A stretch of 64,000 nucleotides of DNA from Ilumatobacteraceae bacterium (GCA_021299715.1 JAJTEL010000005.1:42955-106954); one strand, 5' to 3'. Counted from the first letter of the stretch, positions 26,584 through 35,390 are shown. Notes: generated from the letters alone by a model not told the origin. A program made the numbers and translations.

Positions 26584-27917
26584 TTCACAAACTGCAGACC
26601 AACAATTGCGCCACCACCAACGTTGTCTAATACATACGCACTTGCGCCGTGGTCGTGGGCACATTGAGCAACAATGGCAAGCCCCAAACCAGAACCTGGC
26701 ATTGAGCGTGTTGCAGTGGCTCTATAGAACCGATCAAACACCAACGGTTTGTCGTCATCGCCAATTCCGGGACCATGGTCGCGAACTTCGACTCGCAATG
26801 CACCAACATGAATTTCAACGGGTGATTCTCCGTTACTGAACTTGATGGCATTATCGACAAGGTTGGACACTGCGCGTTCTAATTGATGCGGTCGCGCTGT
26901 AATGACGGTGTTCTCAGTGGCATGAACGGTGACAGATGAAGAAGTACGACGAACAGCACGTGATGCAATGTCGTTGGCAAGTTCTGCAAGGTCAACGGGT
27001 TCAGCATTTTCTATTGCGCGATGATCCGTGGCTAGTGAGTTCAGTTCTGCGCTGAGGTCTACAAGTTCGTCAACTTCGGCCTTGATATCTGCCAGAACAG
27101 ACGCACGGTCCGCGTCTGACAACGATGCCCGTTCAAGTAATTCTGCATTTGCCCGCAAACTTGTCAGGGGAGTACGAAGTTCGTGACTTGCATCTTGCAC
27201 CAATCGTCGTTGGCGTTCGCTGCTGTCGCGAAGTGCGCCCAACATCGTGTTGAAACTGCGTGCTAATTGAGACACTTCGTCGTTTCCGGTGACATCAATG
27301 GAACGATTGAGGTCTTGCGTGACAGCAATAGATTCAGCTGTTTCTGCAAGATTCTCAATAGGTTGACTAATGCGTCGCGCAAAAAGCCACCCTGCTGCAC
27401 CAGAGATGACAACGGCCAGCATTGCAAACAGCGGTAACCACAAACGCATTCCTTGCTGAGCATCGACAGCAATTTGATTATCTTTTGCTACTTGTATCAA
27501 TGTTCCGTCTGATGCTGCAACGGTGAAGACCTTGAACTGGTGTGAGTTCAAAGTAATTGTGTTTTTGCTGATCTGCAGGCTGCCTGGAACAAGTGCACGA
27601 TCTGACTCGGTGACCGGAAGTGCGGGGTTTTCTTGACGACCGAGAATTCGTCCATCGGGCAGAACTACTTGCGTTATGGAATCGGTTTCAGTTTGCAGAA
27701 TTGCTCGATTGACAGGCCCACGACCAAATGCATCTTGCCAACTAAAGAATGGATCGGCAACAATTTTTAGAATGGTGTCAATTCGTGTGTTCAATGAATC
27801 GTTCACGCGTGCAGACAATTGAGACGTTGCAATGCTGTACGCACCAATGCTCATTGCAGTAGCAAGAACAAACACCAAACTTGCGGTGATGACAACAAAA
27901 CGTGTTCGCAGATTCAT
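26580..27917 (-). CDS. Sensor histidine kinase (TM-periplasmic-TM-HAMP-HisKA-HATPase)
   Basis: H box ASHELRTPLTSL, N box VDNAIKF, G boxes DHGPGI and GSGLGLAIV. 4-nt overlap with the response regulator gene. Confidence 0.9.
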   Translation of the reverse strand: MNLRTRFVVITASLVFVLATAMSIGAYSIATSQLSARVNDSLNTRIDTILKIVADPFFSWQDAFGRGPVNRAILQTETDSITQVVLPDGRILGRQENPALPVTESDRALVPGSLQISKNTITLNSHQFKVFTVAASDGTLIQVAKDNQIAVDAQQGMRLWLPLFAMLAVVISGAAGWLFARRISQPIENLAETAESIAVTQDLNRSIDVTGNDEVSQLARSFNTMLGALRDSSERQRRLVQDASHELRTPLTSLRANAELLERASLSDADRASVLADIKAEVDELVDLSAELNSLATDHRAIENAEPVDLAELANDIASRAVRRTSSSVTVHATENTVITARPHQLERAVSNLVDNAIKFSNGESPVEIHVGALRVEVRDHGPGIGDDDKPLVFDRFYRATATRSMPGSGLGLAIVAQCAHDHGASAYVLDNVGGGAIVGLQFVN

Positions 27918-28597
27918 GATGCCTTTACCGTGTATCCAACACCACGAACGGTGTACACAATTCGACTCTCACCGTTTTCTTCTGTCTTACGGCGAAGGTA
28001 ACCGATATAGACATCCAGCGATTTAGAGCTTGTTTCAAAGTCGTATCCCCAAATGGCTTCATAAATTTGTTCGCGTGTAACCACGGTGTTGGGCCGTTGC
28101 ATTAACAGTTCGAGTAAGTCGAATTCAGTTTTGGTGAGTACTAATTCTCGTTCACCGCGCTTTACCTCGCGCGATAAAGAGTTCAACGTTAAGTCACCTA
28201 CACGTAGCACTGATGTTGATGCACTTGGTGCAGATCGACGCAAGAGGGCACGACACCGGGCAAGAAGTTCATCAATAACAAATGGCTTCACTAAATAGTC
28301 ATCTGCACCAGCATCTAACCCTGCTACTCGATCACCCACTTCAACACGAGCAGTGAGCAACAAGATGGGTGTTAACACTCCGCGATGTCGTGCTTCACGA
28401 CACACGGTAAGACCATCTGCGAAAGGCATCATGACGTCTAAGACGGCGAGGTCAAAGCGTGATTTGCTGAGTGCTTCAAGGGCGGCATGCCCATCGTTGA
28501 CGGCGGAGACCTCATAGTTTTCAAGCTCTAGAACCCGCTGAACAGCCTTACGAACGGCCGGATCATCCTCTGCAATGAGTACTTTTCGGGTGTCCAT
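27914..28597 (-). CDS. OmpR/PhoB-family response regulator
   Basis: Receiver domain VLIAEDD...DLAVLDVMMP...K, and a winged-helix C-terminus YTVRGVGY. Start at ATG 28597 (MDTRKVLIAEDD). Confidence 0.9.
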   Translation of the reverse strand: MDTRKVLIAEDDPAVRKAVQRVLELENYEVSAVNDGHAALEALSKSRFDLAVLDVMMPFADGLTVCREARHRGVLTPILLLTARVEVGDRVAGLDAGADDYLVKPFVIDELLARCRALLRRSAPSASTSVLRVGDLTLNSLSREVKRGERELVLTKTEFDLLELLMQRPNTVVTREQIYEAIWGYDFETSSKSLDVYIGYLRRKTEENGESRIVYTVRGVGYTVKAS

Positions 28598-28659
28598 GAC
28601 CTCACCGTAGCCATGAAACACAAGGGTTTCATGATCCTTGGCTGGATTCTTGAAGTCTT

Positions 28660-28689
28660 CTTACCTAACTCATGTTTACTCCTTACCTA
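28660..28689. promoter_or_regulatory. 8-bp direct repeat CTTACCTA spaced 22 bp apart in the divergent intergenic region (candidate response-regulator box)
   Basis: cttaccta occurs at 28660-28667 and 28682-28689, 66-95 nt upstream of the 28755 start. OmpR-type regulators bind direct repeats at helical-turn spacing. This assignment is inference only. Confidence 0.3.
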
Positions 28690-28754
28690 GGAGCGTGAAA
28701 GTAGGTCCAGCCAGGAACACCTGGTGACACCCACACACAGAAAGAACCCACATC

Positions 28755-29696
28755 ATGAAGATCAACTCCCGTTTCGCAAAGGTCGCAGTGGCCTCCGGAC
28801 TCGTCGTCGCAACAGGCGCGGCTGTCCTTGGTATCACCGGCTTTGCAAGTGCAGAAATTGCACGCAACACTTCAGCGAACATCGTCAATATCGACGATGT
28901 AGCTGGCGAAGGCACGTCCGATTTACTCAGCGGTGGAGCAATCCAAGTTGACGGATCTGTTAGCGCCGAATCTGTTTCACCAACAACCGACACAGTGAAG
29001 AGCCGTCCACAGGTACTGGCAGCAGCTGCTGAAGCTTTGGGTATGACCGAGGCCGAACTTGTTACCGAACTTCAGAGCGGAAAGTCAATCAAGCAAGTTG
29101 CCGATGCAAAGAATGTCAACATCGACACAATTATTGCAAAGATGACCGCTGCGGTGAAAGCTCATCTTGACGCAGAAGTTGCTTCTGGTGAGCACACACA
29201 AGCTGAAGCAGATGCAAAGCTTGCAGAATTCCAAACTCGTGTGACCGAAATGGTGAACAAGACGGGCCTTCCACAGCGTGGCGGTAAGGGCCAGCATGGC
29301 GGTCGCGGCGGACATGGTCCAGCGAAGTTTGCTACTACAAATCTTGCCACCGTACTGAAGTTGACCGAAGCAGAACTGCAGACAGAACTGAAGGCCGGAA
29401 AGACCCTCACTCAAATTTCAGCCGCACAGAATGTTGACATTGCCGACGTGAAGAACGTTCTTGAATCTGACTTCAAGGCTCATCTTGACGAAGAGGTTGC
29501 TTCTGGTAAGCACACACAAGCAGAAGCCGATGGAAAGCTTGCTGAGTTCAAGACCCGCATTAATGACATGGTCAACGGTGTTCACGTCGGTAAGGGCGGA
29601 CATGGCGGTCGCGGCGGTCATGGCCACGGTCCAATGGGTGAGGCTCCTGCTCAGCCCGCAGCACCGTCTGCACAAGGCACATCAGCCGACGCATAA
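28755..29696 (+). CDS. Secreted protein with two tandem ~95-100-aa repeats, each ending in a GGHGGRGGHG motif
   Basis: Signal peptide MKINSRFAKVAVASGLVVATGAAVLGITGFASA. Repeat 1 spans about aa 87-188 (nt 29013-29318) and repeat 2 about aa 196-290 (nt 29340-29624). Both share TEAEL.TEL..GK......A.NV.I........KAHLD.EVASG.HTQAEAD.KLAEF.TR...MVN. Confidence 0.8.
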   Translation: MKINSRFAKVAVASGLVVATGAAVLGITGFASAEIARNTSANIVNIDDVAGEGTSDLLSGGAIQVDGSVSAESVSPTTDTVKSRPQVLAAAAEALGMTEAELVTELQSGKSIKQVADAKNVNIDTIIAKMTAAVKAHLDAEVASGEHTQAEADAKLAEFQTRVTEMVNKTGLPQRGGKGQHGGRGGHGPAKFATTNLATVLKLTEAELQTELKAGKTLTQISAAQNVDIADVKNVLESDFKAHLDEEVASGKHTQAEADGKLAEFKTRINDMVNGVHVGKGGHGGRGGHGHGPMGEAPAQPAAPSAQGTSADA

Positions 29697-29738
29697 ATCG
29701 TGTGTGCCGAAAAGGCACCTCATTGATTTCCCCTTCAG

Positions 29739-29779
29739 ACAGCTGGAGTCCTTTATGGGCTCCAGCTGTTCTGTTTATT
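29739..29779 (+). terminator. Intrinsic terminator downstream of the repeat-protein gene
   Basis: 10-bp perfect stem acagctggag / ctccagctgt (29739-29748 / 29760-29769), extendable by 3 more pairs, followed by tctgtttatt. Confidence 0.7.
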
Positions 29780-29791
29780 CAGCGAGGCGAA

Positions 29792-30121
29792 CTACGAACC
29801 AGAGATGGACTGAACAACAGTGACTGCACGATCAAAGCCGGTATCGGTCAGGCGTTGACGCATACGTGGTTCGGTAGACACCACCACTAAATCTCCACCG
29901 GTGGTGCGTGCTCGACCTGCCGCGCCAAGAAGTAACCCGAAGCCGGCGTCGTCGACAAGTCCCGCACCATCGAGGTCAACAACAACCGTGGTGCCACGCG
30001 CTTCTGTAACTAGTCGGGTGAGGGCATCGTTGAAGCGCGGGATGGACACAATGTCGATATCGCCTGCTACGACGAGCACATGACGTTCACCCACATGAGA
30101 GCGGCGAAGAGACAGATCCAT
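29792..30121 (-). CDS. STAS-domain anti-sigma-factor antagonist, BldG-like
   Basis: Start ATG 30121 (MDLSLRR..., GAGG 4-5 nt upstream). STAS pattern VVAGDIDIVSIPRFNDAL...VVVDLDGAGLVDDAGFGLLLGA. The usual DS(S/T)GLG phospho-site reads DDAGFG. Confidence 0.8.
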   Translation of the reverse strand: MDLSLRRSHVGERHVLVVAGDIDIVSIPRFNDALTRLVTEARGTTVVVDLDGAGLVDDAGFGLLLGAAGRARTTGGDLVVVSTEPRMRQRLTDTGFDRAVTVVQSISGS

Positions 30122-30142
30122 ACACCTCACGCTAATGCCTTT

Positions 30143-30502
30143 TCATCCCAGCACAATCGGTGCTTCACGCATCATGGTGACCGACTGAGATAAAACTCCA
30201 GACGGCAAGAACTTGCCAAACCACCACAGACCCCCTGTGCGCTTGGTTGTCACGGTGAGATATCCAAGCGCGAGATCTTCGGAGACGGAGACAGTGATGT
30301 TTGGGTTTCGAACGGCATGTCGCGCAGCGATTGCGGGGTTGTCTGCGGTACTGGCTACTCGTGCTGCCACACGGGCCGTGTCATGTAGAGCGATGTACTG
30401 CAAACAGGTAATTGTGGTGCCAATCAGTAAAGCAACACATGCAACGACGAGTGGCATCACCAAAGCGAACTCCACTGTTGCCTGGCCGCGTTGTTTACTC
30501 AA
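30143..30502 (-). CDS. TadE-like pilus assembly protein
   Basis: N-terminus LSKQRGQATVEFALVMPLVVACVALLIG (TadE-type signal). TTG 30502 overlaps the Flp gene stop by 8 nt. The longer track ORF overlaps the Flp gene in another frame. Confidence 0.7.
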   Translation of the reverse strand: MSKQRGQATVEFALVMPLVVACVALLIGTTITCLQYIALHDTARVAARVASTADNPAIAARHAVRNPNITVSVSEDLALGYLTVTTKRTGGLWWFGKFLPSGVLSQSVTMMREAPIVLG

Positions 30503-30680
30503 CGGGCGCAGTTGCTCGAGACAGAATCGACTCGAACACATTGTCGAAAAGTGATCCGATTTTTCCAGCACCACCACCAGCCGTAGCCCATGCAATGACA
30601 AGAGTGGCAATAATTGCGGCGACGAGCAATACCAATGCGTATTCGGTCGTGGCTTGTCCACGATGTTGTTCAGTAGTCAT
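30495..30680 (-). CDS. Flp/DUF4244-like prepilin
   Basis: 61 aa. Processing-type motif GQATTEYALVLLVAAIIATLVIAWA in the position expected for actinobacterial Tad loci. Confidence 0.7.
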   Translation of the reverse strand: MTTEQHRGQATTEYALVLLVAAIIATLVIAWATAGGGAGKIGSLFDNVFESILSRATAPVE

Positions 30681-30690
30681 GTGTCTCCCA

Positions 30691-31815
30691 TTAGGTGAAT
30701 GTTGAAGAGGAAAGTGATGTAAGGCCAGCCATCACAAATGGCATGAGTGCAATAAGAAGAAATGCGGGAAGTACACAAAACACGATGGGCAGGGCCAATT
30801 TTGTGGGAAGTTGTCGTAACTGAAATTCGGCGTTACACCGTGATTCACTGCGAGCATCGGAAAGTAATTGGGTTGCAACTGACACCACGGGAGTTCCACT
30901 CTCAACTGATTCAGTGATGGTTTGCGACAACATCTGACCGGGTTGACCAAAATGATCCGCTAACGGTGCAAGTGCGACACGAAGTGAGGAACCATCATTT
31001 AGTTGTTGTGCAATATGGACACCGATAGGAGAGACGTGTCTCCATGTGGAACAGGCAGAAACATGAGAGTGACCTGCATGCAATGCAACGCAAAATGCAA
31101 AGGTGAAACGCTGATACTCGGCGTGAGGTGAGGCGGTGCTTATTGACGTCGCGAGGCGGTGCATCCACAGCCAACCCGTCACGTTGAGTGCCACGCCAAG
31201 CATGAGAACAATGCAAGTGCCGACGGATGAAAAGGATTGACGAAGCGACGGCGACACAAGACATCCGAACAGCAAGCATGCGAGAGGTAACGACGTCAGT
31301 ATTCGTGCCGTGATGTGTGCGTGTGCAGTGCCAATATGTAGCTGGGCTTTCAGTGATTCCTCGTCACGAAGACATTGCGCAGCGAGACTTAGTGCAGCAG
31401 GGTGAAGTGTGCCAGCTTGGCACGACAACAACAGGTACAAAGTAAAGCTTTCATGCAGTGTGCCACTGGCGTCAGAATGAGCAACTGTGAGGACATCTTC
31501 TAGTAAGTGCGCTTCATGCACATACTGTTGGGCAATGCTGTGCACAACTGACGGAGCATCTGTGCGCGCAGCATGAGAATGAAATGCTGCAGATGAGTTA
31601 ATTCCACTACGTACTGATCTCGCCAATGCTTCACAGAAGTCCGCCGGACTAATTTCGGCCGACGTGGCAGTGGCTGTGGTGTGTTGTACCTGAACAGCAT
31701 GTGGAATTCTGAAGCGCTTTCGAGTGACGCGCTTGTCGGCGTACCGGAAGATTCGTGGTGACAGCGCCCATGCAACACTGCACGTCAGCCCAAGGTGGTA
31801 AGCCACTTTCAGCAT
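30691..31815 (-). CDS. Type II secretion system F-family membrane protein with two T2SSF-like halves (TadB-TadC fusion)
   Basis: 374 aa. Each half has a helical cytoplasmic segment followed by TM helices (first half ends ...VGTCIVLMLGVALNVTGWLWM, second half ends ...LALPIVFCVLPAFLLIALMPFVMAGL). 7-nt overlap with the ATPase gene. Confidence 0.7.
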   Translation of the reverse strand: MLKVAYHLGLTCSVAWALSPRIFRYADKRVTRKRFRIPHAVQVQHTTATATSAEISPADFCEALARSVRSGINSSAAFHSHAARTDAPSVVHSIAQQYVHEAHLLEDVLTVAHSDASGTLHESFTLYLLLSCQAGTLHPAALSLAAQCLRDEESLKAQLHIGTAHAHITARILTSLPLACLLFGCLVSPSLRQSFSSVGTCIVLMLGVALNVTGWLWMHRLATSISTASPHAEYQRFTFAFCVALHAGHSHVSACSTWRHVSPIGVHIAQQLNDGSSLRVALAPLADHFGQPGQMLSQTITESVESGTPVVSVATQLLSDARSESRCNAEFQLRQLPTKLALPIVFCVLPAFLLIALMPFVMAGLTSLSSSTFT

Positions 31816-32693
31816 GTGTCATGACCAAGCGTGTGTACATCGGTAATGAGTCGACGACCAGTGGGGAGCCGCGTGATGTGCACAACGGCAGTTACAGCAC
31901 TGTGTACAAGTTCGATTGCGTCGCGTTGTGTCCATTGGGGGTGGTGCCGCAGAACCAGTGCGGCTAATCGTTGTGTGGTGTGCGCCGCCGACGATGCATG
32001 CACAGTTGTCCAGCTACCGGAGTGGCCAGAACTTAAGGCGAGCAGCATGTCCACCACTTCTGTTCCGCGTACTTCTCCCACGACAAGGCGGTCAGGTCTC
32101 ATGCGCAATGATGTGCGCACTAAGTCGTGCAAGGTGACTGCACCCATGCCGTCTTGATTGGCCGGTCGGGTTTGCAAGGCAACAACATGTGGATGGCGAA
32201 AACGAATCTCGGCGGTGTCCTCTGCGCATACCACCCGGTCATGCGGGGAGAACCATTCTGTTACCGCAGAAATTAATGATGTTTTTCCTGACGATGTCTC
32301 GCCCGATACAACGACATTTGCACGTGATGTAACAAGTTGCCGTACCTGTTCGCAGTGATGCTCAGATCCGAATGCGGCAAGTGGGAGCGTGCGTTGTGGA
32401 AATTTTCGAATGTTGATACTGGTGCCATGCAGTGCAATTGGTGGCAGAACAACGCATGCACGAGACCCGTCGGGAAGTCGAGCATCGAGAATGGGTGACA
32501 ACGCATCAATACGACGATGAGAGAGTCGGCTGATTCCCTCTACAAGAAGTGCGACCTCTGTTGGAGAAAGAGAACCATGTCGAGCGATACCAGTGGTGCT
32601 TTCCACCCAGACGTCACTGCCGTTCACCACCATGACCTCTAAGACATCGGGTGATTCCAGCACATCACGGATGGGCCCAAGCCCCGTGAGCAT
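31809..32693 (-). CDS. TadA/CpaF-like secretion ATPase
   Basis: 294 aa with Walker A GETSSGKTS, Walker B-like RLVVGEVRG and His box SGHSGSWTTVHA. Confidence 0.85.
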   Translation of the reverse strand: MLTGLGPIRDVLESPDVLEVMVVNGSDVWVESTTGIARHGSLSPTEVALLVEGISRLSHRRIDALSPILDARLPDGSRACVVLPPIALHGTSINIRKFPQRTLPLAAFGSEHHCEQVRQLVTSRANVVVSGETSSGKTSLISAVTEWFSPHDRVVCAEDTAEIRFRHPHVVALQTRPANQDGMGAVTLHDLVRTSLRMRPDRLVVGEVRGTEVVDMLLALSSGHSGSWTTVHASSAAHTTQRLAALVLRHHPQWTQRDAIELVHSAVTAVVHITRLPTGRRLITDVHTLGHDTC

Positions 32694-33334
32694 TAGTTGG
32701 TGTCGGTTGTGATGTGGCGGCCTAACAGTTGTTCAACCCGCGATGGCAGCAAACCTGCATCGACAGCGCGAGCGATTGCTGGCTCGTAGGGAATTCGTGC
32801 TTCCAAACTGGCCCCAAGAACTTGAACAACGTCGTTAGTGGTGAGTGCTCGGCCTGGTTCTTCAAGAACGTATGCATGCACCGGGCGTGGAAGATGAGTG
32901 GCTCGACGAAGAGTGAGATAACACGGCCGAGCAACTGTGATGACTTTTGTTGCCGCGTCGTGTAACACGGTGGGAAGACGACCGACTCCGGCATCGACAA
33001 CAACTGTGTAGGGCAGGGTGGAAATAGCGTCTGCAAGTGCTGCCCACCGTGGTTCGCCGGAAATGAACTGGGACCCAGAATGCACAACAAGCAAGTTGGA
33101 GGTTGCCTCGCTACCGAGGGCTAGAAGTGCAGCGGAATCTCCGTGATGGTTCTCGGATAACCAATCATTTATTCCTGGTCCGTGCGGTTCTGACATTCCA
33201 ACAGTGGCTGGTTGATCGCCACATAAGTCAAGTAGCACCGTACGTTGTCCACGCAGGGCCGACAGCAATGCGTATGAAGCAGCGGTCACCGTGGTGCCAT
33301 TGCCACCTTTCGGTGAAGTGAAGATAAGAGACAT
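32693..33334 (-). CDS. CpaE/ParA-like (Ssd-like) ATPase of the Tad locus
   Basis: 213 aa with deviant Walker A SPKGGNGTTVTAAS. First gene of the locus. Confidence 0.7.
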   Translation of the reverse strand: MSLIFTSPKGGNGTTVTAASYALLSALRGQRTVLLDLCGDQPATVGMSEPHGPGINDWLSENHHGDSAALLALGSEATSNLLVVHSGSQFISGEPRWAALADAISTLPYTVVVDAGVGRLPTVLHDAATKVITVARPCYLTLRRATHLPRPVHAYVLEEPGRALTTNDVVQVLGASLEARIPYEPAIARAVDAGLLPSRVEQLLGRHITTDTN

Positions 33335-33389
33335 GGTCCTCCAGTCAGGTTGGAGGTCATGTGTGCCGTCGCATTCGACAGCGGAAGAA

Positions 33390-34364
33390 CTATCTCACTT
33401 CATTACGAAGTGGAGCTCCCGCCAAGAAGTTTCGGAAGTTTTCAACAAAGAGTTTTTCTGCGCGTATGGCAGATTTTGGAGATGCACCAGAACTATGGGG
33501 TGTCACTATGACGTTCGGCATGGACCACAAGGGCGAATCTTGTGGAAGTGGTTCAACAGCAAAAACATCAAGACCAGCACCAGCAATGTGCCCAGACTGC
33601 AGTGCGGCAACTAATGCAGGTTCTTCTACGAGTTCACCGCGCCCAACATTGATGAAGTGTGCTCCTGGCTTCATGCGCGACAGTCGCGCGGCGTCAAACA
33701 AGTTCACGGTGTCGTTTGTAAGAGGTAACGCAACAGCAACCCAATCGGCGCGAGACAAAACAGCATCTAGTTGATCAAATCCGTAAGTAGCGCATGGTTC
33801 ATTCCCTGTGGGAGTGCGACGAATTGCTTCAACGTCCATATTTAATGCCACACCGAGCCGCGCAATCTCCATACCAATTGGTCCCATACCAATAACTGCT
33901 AGTCGTGCACCATCTAACTCAGTGAACTGGTGACGTTCCCATTCACGCGCATCTTGGTGCTTCATCCACGCGCGCACGTTTCTACTGAGTGCAAGCATGT
34001 ACAGAATTGCCGTTTGTGCAATAGGAGATGCAGTTGCGCCCGTGGAATTAGAAAGTCGAACGCCGCGTTCCAGCAGTTGTTGAAAGAACGGACTATCTAC
34101 ACCAGCAGAAAATGTGTGTAACCATTTCAGTTGTGTTGCACGCAAGATAGAGAGAGCAATTCCGCGAGAGCGTTCGGGCCATAAGTCGCTTGAGTAAAAC
34201 GCAATGTCAATTGAGGACACCACGTCATCGGAAACAGGTTCGTCGCCAACGTAAATGACGGGTTCCAAACGGGGGGCTATTTCACGCAGCGCATCACCCT
34301 CGCGGGCCCACACGTTGTCGCTAATGAGAAGAACGGGATGACTGTCGCCTGTGGTCATTGCCAC
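33390..34364 (-). CDS. D-isomer-specific 2-hydroxyacid dehydrogenase family protein
   Basis: NAD motif AVIGMGPIGMEIA, and catalytic blocks NVGRGELV and GAGLDVFAVEPLP ... TPHSSG. Confidence 0.85.
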   Translation of the reverse strand: MAMTTGDSHPVLLISDNVWAREGDALREIAPRLEPVIYVGDEPVSDDVVSSIDIAFYSSDLWPERSRGIALSILRATQLKWLHTFSAGVDSPFFQQLLERGVRLSNSTGATASPIAQTAILYMLALSRNVRAWMKHQDAREWERHQFTELDGARLAVIGMGPIGMEIARLGVALNMDVEAIRRTPTGNEPCATYGFDQLDAVLSRADWVAVALPLTNDTVNLFDAARLSRMKPGAHFINVGRGELVEEPALVAALQSGHIAGAGLDVFAVEPLPQDSPLWSMPNVIVTPHSSGASPKSAIRAEKLFVENFRNFLAGAPLRNEVR

Positions 34365-34406
34365 AGACTATGTAACACGGTGCTCTTGGGCAGTACCGTC
34401 AGAGTC

Positions 34407-35387
34407 ATGCGCATTCTTGTTGGACTTCTTTCGGTGCTGTCGCTAGCGCCCACCCACATTGGGTCTGGGGACAGCGTTCAACCGCGCGATACGGAATCTG
34501 TCATCAACACCATTCGTCCCGCCCTTCCCGATGGAGTTCGCGTCAGCATTGTGGGTGCCGACACCTTTGTCCGCCTTGAGTCAGATGGCGTACGGGTAGA
34601 AGTGCATGGTTACGACGACGAACAGTATTTACGTATCTCTGCAGAAGGCGTCGTTGAAATTAATGATGCGTCTATGACCACCGTGCTGAACGGTGATCGT
34701 TACGGAAATGTCGATGTCACAAATGTTGATACGTCCGGAATTCCGAAGTGGCGAGTTATAGGAACAAATGGCGTCGCCATGTGGCACGACCATCGTTCTC
34801 ATTGGATGAGCCCCAAACCTCCCGCAGCTATTGACGAAGACGGGAAAGTTTTGGATTGGGACATTCCCATGATCATTGCGGGTACGCGCACAATGGTGTC
34901 GGGAACTCTGTACATCCGAGACAAAGCCAGTGTTGCGTGGTGGTTGTTCGGACTCCCCGCAATTTTGCTCGCGGTTGTGTTGGCTCTTACTCGCCGACGT
35001 TTGTTTTTGTGGTTGGCGGCCGTCGCGTCCGTGAAGGGAATCATTGTTGGCTACTTGGAATTCACTGGGTTGCCAGACGATGCGCGAATTACGCCCGTTC
35101 TCATGATGTTCAGCGCAGGAGCTCTTGTCATTTCTGCGATGGCTATTGCTACATCGCGGCGCGATGGCCGACATCACGTTGCCGTCAGCTTGAATGCCGG
35201 AGCCGGTGTTGCCTTGGTCATCGTCGCGTGGCTGTGCGTTGATCAGATTCGTGCTGCTTATGTGCCAGGAATTGAGTGGCCGTGGATGGCGCGTGCAACC
35301 TTGCCCAGTTTGATGGGAATTGGTTTGGTGAGCGCGATTGATGGTGTGACGCGCATTTTGCGCCCACCGCAAGAGAAAATTGCGTAA
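34407..35387 (+). CDS. Membrane protein: secreted N-terminal domain plus about 5 TM helices, unknown function
   Basis: Start at ATG 34407 (MRILVGLLSVLSLAP, signal-like). Conserved-looking motif WHDHRSHWM precedes the TM block. No family recognised. Confidence 0.6.
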   Translation: MRILVGLLSVLSLAPTHIGSGDSVQPRDTESVINTIRPALPDGVRVSIVGADTFVRLESDGVRVEVHGYDDEQYLRISAEGVVEINDASMTTVLNGDRYGNVDVTNVDTSGIPKWRVIGTNGVAMWHDHRSHWMSPKPPAAIDEDGKVLDWDIPMIIAGTRTMVSGTLYIRDKASVAWWLFGLPAILLAVVLALTRRRLFLWLAAVASVKGIIVGYLEFTGLPDDARITPVLMMFSAGALVISAMAIATSRRDGRHHVAVSLNAGAGVALVIVAWLCVDQIRAAYVPGIEWPWMARATLPSLMGIGLVSAIDGVTRILRPPQEKIA

Positions 35388-35390
35388 GCG

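Noticed and set aside
34629-35372. 247-aa ORF antisense to the 34407-35387 membrane-protein gene
   Set aside because: It has an Arg/His/Asn/Ser-rich low-complexity translation and is fully contained in a gene with coherent TM topology on the opposite strand. It is a likely shadow ORF.
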